DNA of 64,000 bases from Octopus vulgaris (GCA_951406725.2 OX597833.1:25544001-25608000); one strand, 5' to 3'; shown: positions 29,371-42,962, numbered from the stretch's first letter. The notes: generated by a model not told the origin, from the letters alone. Made by a program: numbers and translations.

Positions 29371-30312
29371 TCTCCAGTAGACGGGTAAAACAAATATAAG
29401 CATTCGATTATAATGAGATCAGTATATGACTTGTGTTTATGCTGTTATCTTAAGAGAAGATAAGTTCACATTGAAGGGATTAAAACTCAAACTGTAAAGA
29501 CACGCAATATATACAGTCAAAGAATTTTGTCTACCACTTTAATAATAGTGCAAAATCACCACGAGAATCAATGGGGCCAGATGCAAGACATAATTAGCTT
29601 AATCGATTCCACCGGCTCTGAAATGGACACGAGACTACATGTTTTGAGTGAAAGAATCACTAAGAACCAGTAAGAAACATTAATTTTATTATCAATCTTC
29701 AACGTCAACATCTTGAAAAGATGCTGGGATGGAATTTTGAAACCGAGACTGATAGAGAACCTGGGATGAATTTGAATTCATGAGTAGTCAACCAAGATAA
29801 GATATTCGACTTGTTGAATAAAATTATGAGAATATATACAACAAAACATTTTGTAAATTTTCCTGTCAACTGTGCCCTACACTGCTCTATGCCAAGGTGA
29901 GGTCGTCCCCGGAAGAATTTCAACTTAAAACATAATGAAGTAAAGCTAAATAAATCATACGTATTACCTCTGACAGTTTACCAATTCCATCATCCATCGA
30001 CTTCATTAACAATTATAGCAACAACAGCAGCAAGACTAAGTGCAATAATGGCCTCGTGACAGTATGATATATTTGGTGTTATATTTCACAAAAATAGATC
30101 TGACAGCTATATAACACCTGAGTTAAACTATTATTGTAAGCAGAAGTTTTAAGCAGAATGTCATTACGACATTATTTTTCTTATGGAAACATTTTCCTAA
30201 CATGCGGTTTTATATTTATATGCAATTTTTCTTCTTAGATGAAGAAGTAAATAGAATAACAGATAGCAGGTTCGCTTCAGGGTTGAGGCGTCCTGGTATT
30301 AACATTTTACAA

Positions 30313-30525
30313 TAAGGCGACGTGCTGGCAGAATTGTTAGCACGTTGGGCACAATGCTTAGCGGCCTTTCGTCCGTCTTTATATTCTGAGTTCAAATTCC
30401 GCTGGGGTCGACTTAGCCTTTCGCCCTTTCAGGGTTAATGAAATAGGTACGGTTGAACACTGGGATGGATAAAATCTAGTCACACACTTCCGCGAAGTTG
30501 CTGGCCTTGCGCATATTACACTGTT
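30313..30525 (+). mobile_element. SINE family B (Meta/MESC-like central domain)
   Basis: aaggcgacgtgctggcagaattgttagcacg...gagttcaaattcc (B box), then ggggtcgacttagcctttcgccctttcagggttaatgaaataggtac, which resembles the MetaSINE central motif. Confidence 0.8.
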
Positions 30526-30532
30526 TGTTGGT

Positions 30533-30593
30533 TTCTTCTTCTTCTTCTTCTTCTTCTTCTTCTTCTTCTTCTTCTTCTTCTTCTTCTTCTTCT

Positions 30594-30628
<35 letters not shown>

Positions 30629-30655
30629 TTCTGCTTCTTCTTCTTCTTCTTCTTC
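30533..30655 (+). repeat. (TTC)n microsatellite
   Basis: Direct reading of the sequence. Confidence 0.95.
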
Positions 30656-30950
30656 CCCCTACTTCTTCTCCAGACTGTTAGGCATATACAGATAGATAGA
30701 GATACTGACACCAACATATATACGTACGTACGTACATGTATTACAGGGTGGATTTTAGAACGAAACGGAGGTGTGTGTGGGTCTGACAAGTCTGAACAGC
30801 ATTGACAAGCGAAATTCTGGGTTGCTTCAAGGACTATTTTGTTAAATATAATTCTGAGGTACATTGTTATTGAAACAATACGACCGTGAAGAACTCTATT
30901 TTCAGACGAGCACTGCAAAAACATCTTGATATGTTTAATAATAATATCCT

Positions 30951-31110
<160 letters not shown>

Positions 31111-31140
31111 CCAATGAGCTTTTATACGATATATACGCCG

Positions 31141-31315
31141 CGGCAAATTCAAAATGATAGAAGTGAATGGAATAAAATAAGAATATATACATATATATAT
31201 GTATGCATTATATATGTATATATATATATATATATGTATGCGTGCGTGTGTGTGTATGTGTGTGTGTGCATTTTTATATTTTAGTTCATTCACTTCGATC
31301 ATTTTGAATTTGCCG
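31141..31315. mobile_element. Small MITE-like element with ~40-bp TIRs around a microsatellite
   Basis: cggcaaattcaaaatgatagaagtgaatggaataaaata vs tattttagttcattcacttcgatcattttgaatttgccg. Confidence 0.75.
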
Positions 31316-31343
31316 ATAAATGTTAATGGTCAATACACATATT

Positions 31344-31508
31344 GTAGGCGCAGGAGTGGCCGCGTGGTTAGTAGCTTGCTTACCAACCACATGCTTCCGG
31401 GTTCAGTCCCACTGCGTGGCAACTTGGGCAAGTGTCTTCTACTATAACCTCGGGCTTACCAAAGCCTTGTGAGTGGATTTGGTAGACGGACACAGAAAGA
31501 AGCCCGTC

Positions 31509-31556
<48 letters not shown>

Positions 31557-31777
31557 GTGTGTGTATGTGTGTATACGTTTGTTTGTGTTTGTCCCCACCA
31601 ACATCGCTGGACAACCGATGGTGGTGTTTACGTTCCCGTAACTTAGCGGTTCGACAAAACAATCGATAAGTACTAGGCTTACAAAGAATAAGTTCTGGGG
31701 CCGATTTCTTCGACAAAAAGACGGCGCTTCAGCATAGCCGCAGTCAAATAACTGAAACAAGTAAAAGAGTAAAGAGT
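31344..31777 (+). mobile_element. SINE family A
   Basis: Full length, from gtaggcgcaggagtggcc to aaacaagtaaaagagtaaagag. Confidence 0.9.
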
Positions 31778-31814
31778 ATATATATATATATATATATATA
31801 TGCTCTTATATATA

Positions 31815-31850
<36 letters not shown>

Positions 31851-32133
31851 ATGAACTTACATGCATAGTCTTTAATGAAGAATTGTACTACTTTATATAC
31901 ATACTCACAAGGGTATGAAGTATGTTCCATCAATACCACACGAAATGGCACACATGCATCAAACAACCATCATTATACATGTGCTATGGAATGAATCACC
32001 ATTATTAAACAACGGACTTCTTTTTATTTGTCGTTATGCAATCCATGTATTTTATTATTTCATTATATTTCTTTTTACATATTCTTACAAAATACATCAG
32101 AATGGAATGCATTACATGCTTGAAAACTCCAGT

Positions 32134-32214
<81 letters not shown>

Positions 32215-32437
32215 ACAGCAGCAGCAGCAGCAGCAGTAGCAGAAGAAGAAGAAGCAGCGGTAGCGGCAGTAAAGCATGGAAAGTTGCGAAAACTGCGTGT
32301 TGCAGAGAAGATAATTAATGAGAAATATTTTCGTTACCGAAAAATCACACAATAAGAGGAAACGAGATGACATGAAGCGAAAAGCGAAATCGAAATCCAC
32401 AAACAATGTGATATATATGTGTATGTGCATGTATATG

Positions 32438-32516
<79 letters not shown>

Positions 32517-32553
32517 GCATATATATGTATATATATGTATGTCTATATTTATG

Positions 32554-32604
<51 letters not shown>

Positions 32605-33710
32605 GTATATATATATGTATGTATATATATATATTCATATATATATATGTATATATTATATAAGTATATATAAATATTTGTATACATAAAAATATATATA
32701 ATTGTGTGTATATATTATATTTATAGATGTATATAAATGTTTAAATATACGGATATATCCATACATGCATCTATACATTTGTACAAAAGAAATATTCTTG
32801 AACGCGCACATACGCACACACACATTTATAAACATATGTGCCTGTGTATATATATATGTGTATACATGTGTATATGTGTACATCTGAGTAGATGAATAAA
32901 TATACTACATGCAAAAAGACTAAATCTTAATCAGTAGAATATAATGATATCCAAAAACAACAAAAGCATCATTTTTAAAACTACTCTTCAGTAGAATATC
33001 TAGTTCCAGCAGTTTCGGTGGGGATTTTTTTTTCCGTCGATTTGCAATTGGCATCGGATTAGATTCCCATCAAACATACTGGATACGATTTGGGAAGAAA
33101 AAAAAAAGAAAAAAAATCAGTTGTTTGTGATCGATAGAAGTTGTGTTCCTCATTTGTTCCAGAATCCCAGGAGGAAATTGTATATAGATGGAAACGAGAG
33201 TGGTTTTTGATGCTTAAAAAATCGTAAGACGAAATATATTGCAGAAAACCAGCTGCCATCTTGGCTGTGGTAGGCTTCCATTCTAACCGTGTTCTTAATC
33301 GAAGTAACGCTGGGTTTACATTAAGGTGTGCGCATAACGGTTTTATAGGTATAAATAACAAGATGCGTGGATATTGCTCCGAATGCATGAATACTTGTAG
33401 GCATATATTTATATGTATGGAAGCAGACAATCTTTTAACAATGGTTGTTATCCGTATGCTTCAACAATATATATTTGCCATATGTGAGAATAAAGGAATA
33501 GATATCATGGAAACATATACACGCGCGCGTGTGTGTGTCTGTGTGTGTGCGTGTCTATGTTGATATATATATTCGTAAAAATAGACCGTTCTTTTTATTC
33601 CTACCCATATACATCTATATGTGTGTGTGTGTGTGTATTATATGCGGGCACTTATCTATATTTATGCATACACATAAACATATATGCATACATATCTGCT
33701 TGTATGTACG

Positions 33711-33837
<127 letters not shown>

Positions 33838-33889
33838 TTATGTATGTACATATTTCTACATACACACATATATAGCGCTGCTACACACA

Positions 33890-34140
33890 CTATCGTGAGA
33901 TCGTGTTTTCAATTCCTAGACCGGGTTGTGCCGTGTGCTCTTGGAGGAAGCACTTCGTTTCAAGTTGCTCTGCGATTCTGACGCTTGGTTCACCGGGCAC
34001 CTGTTCAGACGACGTCGATTTGATGAAGAGAGTGAGCTAAGATGCGGCCGAAACATTTTACTACTATAAACAGGTCATTTTTGCAGATGGTTCGGCGAAA
34101 ATCTGAACTTACATACGTCGTTTCCGACTAGAGAATCCAT
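33890..34140 (+). mobile_element. Decayed tRNA-derived SINE (further family)
   Basis: tcgtgagatcgtgttttcaattcctagaccggg (B-box region similar to families C and D), followed by a different body. Confidence 0.5.
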
Positions 34141-34152
34141 CATATTTGTGTG

Positions 34153-34195
<43 letters not shown>

Positions 34196-34260
34196 GCGTG
34201 CTTGCTTGCACGCGTGTTTCTGCGTGTTCTGTGTGTGTCTGTATTATTTGTATATATATA

Positions 34261-34468
34261 CTCTTTACTCTTTTACTTGTTTCAGTCATTTAACTGCGAC
34301 CATGCTGGAGCATCGCCTTTAGTCGAGCAAATCGACTCCGGACTTATTCTTTCTGAGCCCAGTACTTATTCTATCGGTCTCTTTTTGCCGTACCGCTAAG
34401 TGACGGAGACGTCAACACACCAGCATCGGTTGTCAAGCAATGCTAGGGGGACAAACACAGATACACAA

Positions 34469-34499
<31 letters not shown>

Positions 34500-34665
34500 C
34501 ATATATACGACAGGCTTCTTTCAGTTTCCGTCTACCAAATCCACTCACAAGGCATTGGTCGGCCCGGGGCTATAGCAGAAGACACTTGCCCAAGATGCCG
34601 AAGATGCCCAAGATGCCCAAGATGCCCAAGATGCCACGCAGTGGGACTGAACCCGGAACCATGTG
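34261..34665 (-). mobile_element. SINE family A (first unit of a tandem duplication)
   Basis: Reverse complement of family A. Contains a 9-bp ccaagatgc amplification (about 5 copies) at ~34590-34635. Confidence 0.9.
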
Positions 34666-34683
34666 TTTAGAATCCATCATATA

Positions 34684-34714
<31 letters not shown>

Positions 34715-34796
34715 ATGTGTGTGTGTGTATGTGCGTGCTTGCTTGCACGCGTGTTTCTGCGTTTTCTGTGTGTGTCTGTATTATTTGTATATATAT

Positions 34797-35150
34797 ACTC
34801 TTTACTCTTTTACTTGATTCAGTCATTTGACTGCGGCCATGCTGAAGCACCGCCTTTAGTTCAGCAAATCGACCCCGGGACTTATTCTTTGTAAGCCCAG
34901 TACTTATTCTATCGGTCTCTTTTTGCTGTACCGCTAAGTGACGGAGACGTAAACACACCATCATCGGTTGTCAAGCAATGCTAGGGGGACAAACACAGAC
35001 ACACAAACGCACATACATATATATATATATACAGATATACGACAGGCTTCTTTCAGTTTCCGTCTACCAAATCCACTCACAAGGCATTGGTCGGCCCGGG
35101 GCTATAGAAAAAGACACTTGCCCAAGATGCCACGCAGTGGGACTGAACCC
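34797..35150 (-). mobile_element. SINE family A (second unit of a tandem duplication)
   Basis: Reverse complement of family A with the same flank as the 34261 copy. Confidence 0.9.
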
Positions 35151-35177
35151 GATGCATATATATACACATACCTACAA

Positions 35178-35267
<90 letters not shown>

Positions 35268-35294
35268 CACACACACAAATATATATATCTAGCG

Positions 35295-35745
35295 TTTCTA
35301 ACTCTTCCATTGAATTATCTTACATTTCTGACTGTCAGTATACACCACTTCGCTCTCATTACCTCTATCCATTGCAAACACATCGACTCACACTCCTACC
35401 ATTAACCTCTTCTCCTTCCACTCTACTCAATCCAAACTCTCCATCCCCTATGACTTTGAGACTGAGTCTCAACTCATGTCTCACCACTTCATCCTTTGTG
35501 GATATTTTCACACCACTATTCACACTGCCTTTACCAGAGCACATTCTGTGGACCGTGCATCTGTTCTTTCTCCCCGCACATGCCCCACCATTTCCCCGTC
35601 TCCTTTTTACCGTCACCTACTACTCCTCCACCCTGCTCCTCCAACGGACAATTCTCCGAGCCTTCCGGCGACTCTAGTCCGTCCCCTCCACCTCGCACAT
35701 CTTCTTCAACGTACACCTCCTTCAAACGAGCCCAAATTTGTTGGA
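35295..35745 (+). mobile_element. Penelope-like element RT C-terminal/thumb fragment (pseudogenised)
   Basis: Across frameshifts: FLTVSIHHFALITSIHCKHIDSHSY...KLSIPY..DFETESQLMSHHFILCGY..TIHTAFTRAHSVDRASVLSP...TYYSSTLLLQRTILRAFRRL...SFKRA. Resembles the PLE TSIHYKPTDSHSYL..SHP..K.SIPY motif. Confidence 0.7.
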
Positions 35746-35807
35746 CTAAAGATTTGTTCGACTGCATGACCGCAGTCATATGACTGGAACATATAAAAGA
35801 ATAATTC

Positions 35808-37164
35808 AGTAGAATTATTTTTATCACGTACATACACTGCACTACCGAGCGCAGCTCTCTGTGCCTTGGGTATGTGATTTGTTGTGATGCTCTTATCGTT
35901 ACTGTATTGAAAGTGCTTTGTCTATTTATTTTGCGATTAGTTTAACTCAGTATTAGCCATGAAAAGGTTTTTCTTGTCACCGTTTTATCATCCTTTGCTG
36001 TTCCAGTTTTCTTTTGGATTTCACTTGTTTTACAGCTTTTGTTGTATCTTCTTTTCTTCATAGCTGTTAAGTAGTATAACTCTTCTGTATTTGTCAGCTT
36101 CTTTAAGAGTGAAATCAGTTTTTTGTTTTGTTCGTGTTTTGTGGCTATTTGTATTAGTTTTTCTTGCTTCTGAAGTAGGTATTTTTGTAGTCCTATGGTG
36201 GTTATTTTGTAATAGTTTTCTAGCTGTATAAGGCTTCTATACGTTGTATATATAACATTTCTATGTCAGATTTTGGGTGTTGCATCGTAAATCCTGTCAT
36301 TATTTTTCTTGTTTTCCTGTCTATTTTGATTAGTTCTTTTAGTGTCCAGTTAAGAATGTTGTAGCTGTAATTTATAAGTGGGACGGCTAAAGTGTTGATA
36401 CCTATTATTGTGCTTTTCGCATTCAGCTCTGTTTTCAGTATTAATCTAACTCGTCCATAGCATTAATTTCTTTAATTCTCTCTTACATTTGTGTGTTTTG
36501 TATCGAATCTAGCTCATCGATTCCTAGGTATTTATATGTCTGGCTTTGGTCTAATTATCCTATATCATTTGCTTTATCTAGTGTGATGTTGCTACTCTTA
36601 ACTAGTTTTCCTCTTTTGAAGGTTGCTTTAGCACAATTTTGTAAGCCAAATTTCATGTTTATTTCTTTGGTAAATCCATATTTGTACTATTTGTAGTAAT
36701 GTTTCCAGCTGTTTATCATTTGTAGCGTACAGTTTTAGGTCATCAATATACGAGGTGGCTGATTGTTTTGCCGTAACAATTGTATTCGCATCCAGTTTTG
36801 TTTAGCATGATAGATAAAGGTATCAGTGCCAAGCAGAAAACTAGGGGAGAGAACATGTCTCCAGGGAATATTTCTCTTCTACTGGCGATGGCTTTGGTTT
36901 GTCTGAGTCCTTTTGTCTGCAACTGTAGCACTATCAGCCATTTACTCATGAAATGTATTATATATTTTATGATTATTGGTGCTATCTTGCTCATGGCTAG
37001 TGTTTCTAGGATCTATATGTGGGGAATACTATAAAAAGATTTTCTGTAATTGCTCCAGGCCGTACTTAGACCCTTCTTCTTTCTGCGGCTGTCTTCAGTT
37101 AAGGCTTTATTGATCGTAAGTTGATCTTTACAGCCGTATGAGCCCTTGAAACATCCCTTCTGCT
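35808..37164 (-). mobile_element. R4/Dong-like retrotransposon, RT domain, internally deleted, pseudogenised
   Basis: Minus strand reads QKGCFKGSYGCKDQLTINKAL...LSTAWSNYRKSFYSIPH...RREIFPGDMFSPLVFCLALIPLS...ISHLVY*DLKLYA...MKFGLQNCA...YKYLGI...INTLAVPLINYS...IDRKTRKIMT...HPKSDIE. It then jumps to ALSIQ* and the same 3'UTR as 18155. Confidence 0.92.
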
Positions 37165-37752
37165 TATATTTATCACGTGTTTTTACTGCACTACCGAGCG
37201 CAGCTCTGTGTGCCTGCGGTATGTGCTGTGATTTGTTGTGATTCTCTTATCGTTACTTTATTCAAATTGGTTTGCGTAGGATGTGTGCGGTGCCTTGTAG
37301 TGTTATTTTCTGTATGTTATATGTACTCGTAAGTCCTGGTGTTTTTGTTATGTATTTGCATGAATGCTTTTTTATCATACCTAATGCACCTGTTATGATG
37401 GAAAATGTTTGTTTTTAGACTCCACATTCGAATTACAACTATTTCCAGATCTTTGTATTTTGAAAGGTTCTCCATTTCTTTTAGAGATACATTGTCATCT
37501 GTTGGTTTTGATACATCGATTAGAAAGCATGTTTCTCCTTGATGACCTCTGACAACTATATCCGGCTTTTTGGCCTTAATATCTCTATTTGTGTATTTTG
37601 GCATATCCCAGAGTATGGTTTACTTTCTCCTTTTCGGTGACCTTTTCCTGGCGTGTGCCCCTACCACCTTCTTTTCTCTGTTGTTATTCCATAGTGTTGG
37701 CATGGCTCCCAGCGTACATAGGTCTCAACTCTGTCGTGTCTGTGAATATATA
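37165..37752 (-). mobile_element. R4/Dong-like RLE + 3'UTR fragment (same family as 18155)
   Basis: [14 protein letters not shown]...KKPDIVVRGHQGETCFLIDVSKPTDDNVSLKEMENLSKYKDLEIVVIRMWSLKT. 3'UTR contains cacacagagctgcgctcggtagtgcag. Confidence 0.9.
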
Positions 37753-37943
37753 TAAATATATATATATATATATTATTATTATTATTATTATTGTTATCAT
37801 TATTATTATTATTATCATCATCATCACCATTATCACTCTGTATTTTTCTAAAGATGCATGTATGTGTGTGGACATATATACACACACACACGCATATATA
37901 TATATATATATTCATATATACATACATAATACACACACACACA

Positions 37944-38017
<74 letters not shown>

Positions 38018-38027
38018 TATAGACAAG

Positions 38028-38080
<53 letters not shown>

Positions 38081-38352
38081 CAAGATTAAAAGAAATGCAT
38101 ATACATATATGATCATAAAGTTATGTTCGTTTTTCTTCAGCTTTCTAAATAATTTTTATAATTCCTGTCAGAATTGAAGTGCAACAATGGTAATCCCAGA
38201 CATGTTTCTTTAATAGAAATATATTATCTTTAAAAATGATCTGTGAACTGGAATTATTGGACTAAAAGTTCTTCAAGGTGATGCTTCAGCAGGGCCGCAG
38301 TCAAATGACTGAAACATGTAAAAAATAAAAGATATATATGTGTGTGTGTGTA

Positions 38353-38416
<64 letters not shown>

Positions 38417-38623
38417 TGTATGTGTGTGTGTAAGATATATAGTTTAGTAACATTCAATTTGATTTTTGAAACAGAATTAATTTTTGAAAAAATTTGAATA
38501 TTATTATTCTGTATTAGTTTTTCTTATTAGTATTGTTATCGTCGCCGTCGTTGTCCTCGTTCTCTCTAACATCATCATCATCATCATCAACAACATTAAC
38601 ATGATTATTATTATCATCATTAT

Positions 38624-38830
38624 TAAGGCGGTGAGCTAGCAGAATTGCTACTGCGACGTGTAACATACTCAGCAGCTCTCGTTCCGGCTCTTTGCCTACC
38701 GAGTTCAAATGGCGCCGCGATCAATCTTGTCTCTCATCGACAGGTCAATGAAATAAGGATGAATGGAGGTCGAGAAAATAAGGATGAATGTAGCATTACT
38801 TCAAATTTACTGGCATTGTTACTTCAGCTG
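38624..38830 (+). mobile_element. SINE family B, decayed
   Basis: aaggcggtgagctagcagaattgcta...gagttcaaat. Confidence 0.65.
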
Positions 38831-38993
38831 AATCAAATTCTTCTGGCAGCATAAGTGTTTAAGTTGTATAACTGCCGAAAAGAAAAGGACAGAAAAACAG
38901 ATAGAAAAAGGAAAGAAAAAAGAAAAGGGGAAAGATGAAGAATATATAATCAAAGTTTTGTATGAATTTCATGAAATTCTCCTGTCATTTTAC

Positions 38994-39210
38994 TCATTTA
39001 TCCTGGGCGAATGCTAATAACCCCCAAACATATTTCTCCTCATGCATTTTGTGTATTGAAAGTGTAGCAGTTTCAGAATATTTTCTGTTTTCAAATTGCA
39101 GCCGTTTGAAGCAAAAATGTTCAGCAAGTTCTGTCGAACTACTGTTATTGTGCTCTTTAAATCTTTTGTTTAATTGTTGTGTCGTACAAGCAGCAGAAAT
39201 CAAGTTGAGT
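38994..39210 (-). mobile_element. Possible GIY-YIG (Penelope-like) endonuclease remnant
   Basis: CTTQQLNKRFKEHNNSSSTELAEH resembles the G.T...L..R..EH...S.LA.H segment of GIY-YIG domains. The YIG motif itself is not preserved. Confidence 0.35.
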
Positions 39211-39454
39211 TTCGTGCATTATGCTGCGTACAACAAAAAAGGAATCTCTACATGTCCCACCTTCTGTATAAATCATAACTATTCTGCTTGGTATGACTCT
39301 CACGAGATTTTCTTCTGTTTTTTTTTATAGACGCTAGGGATATATGTGTATGTAGGCATACATGTGCGTGTGAGTATATGTTAGTGTAATTTCATCACAA
39401 ATTTCCAATTTGTGCCAAAAATATATTACTGCGTGTAAAATTATCAAAGACACA

Positions 39455-39850
39455 TGCCGGCATTGCTATGTGTTAAAAAAACTTGCTTCACAAACACATG
39501 GTTCCACGTTCAGTCCTACTGCATGGCACTTTGTGTAAGTGTGTTCTAATATAGCCTCGAGCCGACCAAAGCCTTATGAGTGGATTTGGTAGTCGGAAAC
39601 TGAAAGAAGCTCGTCGTATATATATATATATATATATATATCTGTGTGTGATTGTGTTTTGTGTCTGTCTTTTGTCCCCTCCCACCACTTGACACATGGT
39701 GCTAGTGTGTTTACGTCCCTGTAACTTAGCGACCGATAAAATAAGTACTAATCCTAAGTCCTAGAGTCGATTTGTTCGGCTAAAATCTTTCGAGGTAGTG
39801 CACCAGCATGGCCACTGTGTAATTACTGAAACAAGTGAAAGATAAAAGAT
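39455..39850 (+). mobile_element. SINE family A, diverged
   Basis: cacatggttccacgttcagtcctactgcatggcac...ccagcatggccactg..ctgaaacaagtgaaagataaaaga. Confidence 0.85.
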
Positions 39851-40231
39851 ATTAAATTCTGCAGTTTTATTCGGGTAGTCCTTCAATCAACTCCATCGGC
39901 ACATGATATGAAATAAGACATAAGTTTTAGGGTCTGACCACATAATTAATAGGTTGCTATCTGCATCAGGGCCACGTCATTCGAAATTTCAGTGAAGGTA
40001 CTCGGCTTGGGTTGGTGAGATAACATTAGCTGTGTTGGTAAATCGATACTCGTTGCAGAATGATACTTCTCCGCGAAGCAGAGATCAAAGCACTTTGACG
40101 CCTTCTAACATGTCTATGGCTTCATTCACACTGGCATGAGATTTAGGTTGTTTCCCTGTATATGTATGCAAGTACACAAACATATAGGTATACAAGCACG
40201 CGCGCGCACACACAACACCACCACACATATA

Positions 40232-40279
<48 letters not shown>

Positions 40280-40341
40280 TATATATATACATATATATAT
40301 GTATATATATATCTGTATGATTATATATATATATATATATG

Positions 40342-41209
40342 TACGTGATCTGATCAATAAGTATCCGGATTTTTTCCATAGTAGCAAAGCTAAAGGATGT
40401 AGAATAAAGCAGCTAGGCACAAATTGACCATGAACTCTGCTGTGCATGCACACTAAGGTTTAACAGTCTAGCTCACTTCCGCTCTTTACAGTAGTGCTTG
40501 GAAGGAAGGTGTGTAGCGTGTGATCGTTGCATTGACCATGACAATGGAAGATGAACAGAGAATCTGCATCAAATTTTGCCAAAAGCTTGGCAATACCTGA
40601 TCACAGACCTACGCAAAGTTTTCAAAAAATTTTCATTATTCTAGACGCAGTCAAGGAGATCTTGCACAACTGAAACCCGAGCGTCTCTTTGGTTAGCTGA
40701 AAGTAGTTTTAGTACCCAAATCTCCAGTACTAATGCACTGAACTGAACCGTAACTAATCTGTACACCCTCTGATAACTCATGGATGGTGATTCATGGATT
40801 TTCCTCATAGCTGTGTGTACATTTGCGATATATTTCTCAGTTCTGCTTGTTGCAGGTCTCCAAGAACGTTCGTCAATATTGACATTTTTTCGGCCACCTA
40901 AGACACAAATGAACTACTCATACACTTGTGTGCGGCTCATACACTCCTCTGCATTTTCTGTAACTTTGCGTAGGCCTCTGAGCACGTATCGCCATGACAA
41001 CTTATTCTGTCATGGTCAATGCGACGTTCACACCCTACACAACTTCCTTCAAAGCACTGCAGTAAACAACGGAAGTGAGCTAGGACGTTAAAACTTAGTA
41101 TGCATGCACAGCAGAGTTGCAGGTCAATCTGTGCTAAGCGGCTTTACTTTGCGTATTTTAGCTTTCTTACTATGGCAATAGTCCGGATGCTTATTGATCA
41201 GACCTCGTA
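40342..41209 (-). mobile_element. Mariner-derived fold-back element (two 5' ends, ~280-bp inverted arms)
   Basis: Ends tacgtgatctgatcaataagtatccgga / tccggatgcttattgatcagacctcgta with TA. Left arm encodes MTMEDEQRICIKFCQKLG. Minus strand encodes CMSRTQVYE..DERSWRPATS..ITIHELSEGVQISYGSVQCI..NNENFLK. Confidence 0.88.
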
Positions 41210-41674
41210 TATATATATATGCACTAACATTCCACATTTTATTATTGTGGAAAAAAATGGAGGATCAAAATAAACCAATTAGCCAAATTACCAAAGGAGA
41301 AAACAGATCAACAAAATAATTCTGGTGATATAAGATGATATAACACAGAATGGTTAAAAAAATACGAAGTAACCTAAACAATGAAGACAATATGTAGTGA
41401 ATAATTTAGTATGTGACTTGTAAGCCAGAATTTAGGTTATTATTCTACGATGATACAGTTACGCACAGAAACACACACATATATATACATACATGCGCAT
41501 ATGTGTGTGTGTGTGTACATATGTGTGTGAGCGTTGATTTAATGTGTGTATGAGTAATATATACCAAATATAGTTTAAATCAATAAAAGAATTTGTGAAT
41601 ATGCATATATAAACACGAGCATACGCATACACCTTCCTACACTCGCATGTACACACACACGCGCCCACATTTAT

Positions 41675-42930
41675 ATAAGGGTAATTCAAAATGTAACCCC
41701 ACTTTCGCCAAAACCTTCCTTAGGTTGGCCGTACTGCTTCCAGCGATCGCATGCTAAAATGTGCTTCTCTTATGTTAGCTTAAACGTGGTTTGATTCTGA
41801 TCGAAGCAGTTTTCTTGTTTTTTGGGGGGTTCTTTTTTTTGTGTGTGTTACCGAGTAAACATTGCCGCTCTGCTCTCAGTGTATAACGAGGGGGAAGACA
41901 GATCAGTGAACCGATTTCTATGGTGACTAAGGAGATGAAATTATCACAGGATTTCAGTACAATACGAGAACACCGTTCTACCGCGTAGTACTAAGTATGA
42001 GTGTAATGAGAAGCTTAGCAATGACCGGATGAGTGTGAAGGACGAACAGCGAGCAGAACGCTCGTCAACTTCTGCCTCTGGCGTAAAAATTCAATAAGTT
42101 CGAGATTAACCACCAACTAGTGGGCATGTTCTCTCTGCAAATTATTTATAATACTGCACACGAAGTCATCTATGACAAGCTTTGCTTCCGTGAAGTCTGT
42201 GGGTAATGAGTGCCAAGCGAGCTTTCCGGAGCGCATAAGTACAATTGAGTTGAGATCTGTCAATGCTTACACGGCCGCTGCATCGATGAAGGTGCAGCTT
42301 ATTTTGAAGAGAATAGTTGTAGAAGATGAGATATGGGCCCATCACATTCAGCCAGAATCTAAAAGGCATAGTATCGAGTGGAAACACATGGAATGGCCAG
42401 TGGAAAATAAATTCAAGGAAAAAATTCAACCGTCCGCAGAAAACATAATGCAGCCTATTTTGGAGATGGAAAAAGCCTATAATGGAACATTAGCTGGAAA
42501 AGGCATCTACACTCACCAATGCATGCGAAAATGAAATACTGGCCAAAGAACTAAATCCAGCCTTTCGTAGCAAACGCAGACGTGTATTTGATTTTGATTT
42601 TGATTTTTGATTTTTCTAGTTTCAGCTAATGAGCTGTGGCCGTATTGTGAAATCAAGTATTAGTTTTCCACGACAATGTATTCCCGCCTACAGCCGCCTA
42701 CACCGTTGAAACCATTGGAAAACTAGGTTATTAGTTGCTGGCATACAGGCCGAATTTTGCCTTTTCTATCTAACACCTCTTTGGACGAATCAGACTTTTT
42801 TTACAATGTTGTCGATTTACTGCGGACGAAGAAGCGTAGGAATTGATGAACAAATGGTTGCGCGACGACCTCGTTCATAAATATAAACAAAGTAACATTT
42901 GTTATTCATAAGCACCGAAATATATATATA
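41675..42930 (+). mobile_element. Mariner (DD34D) transposase pseudogene
   Basis: RIVVEDEIWAHHIQPESKRHSIEWKH..P..KFK..QPSA, then FHDNV...TAAYTVETIGKLG and HLFG. Multiple stops and frameshifts. Confidence 0.85.
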
Positions 42931-42962
42931 GATAAAAGATTTTGTTTTTATCTATATCTATG

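Noticed and set aside
33245-33270. YY1-like motif (gccatctt) suggesting a promoter
   Set aside because: A single short motif with no supporting exon or CpG-rich context.
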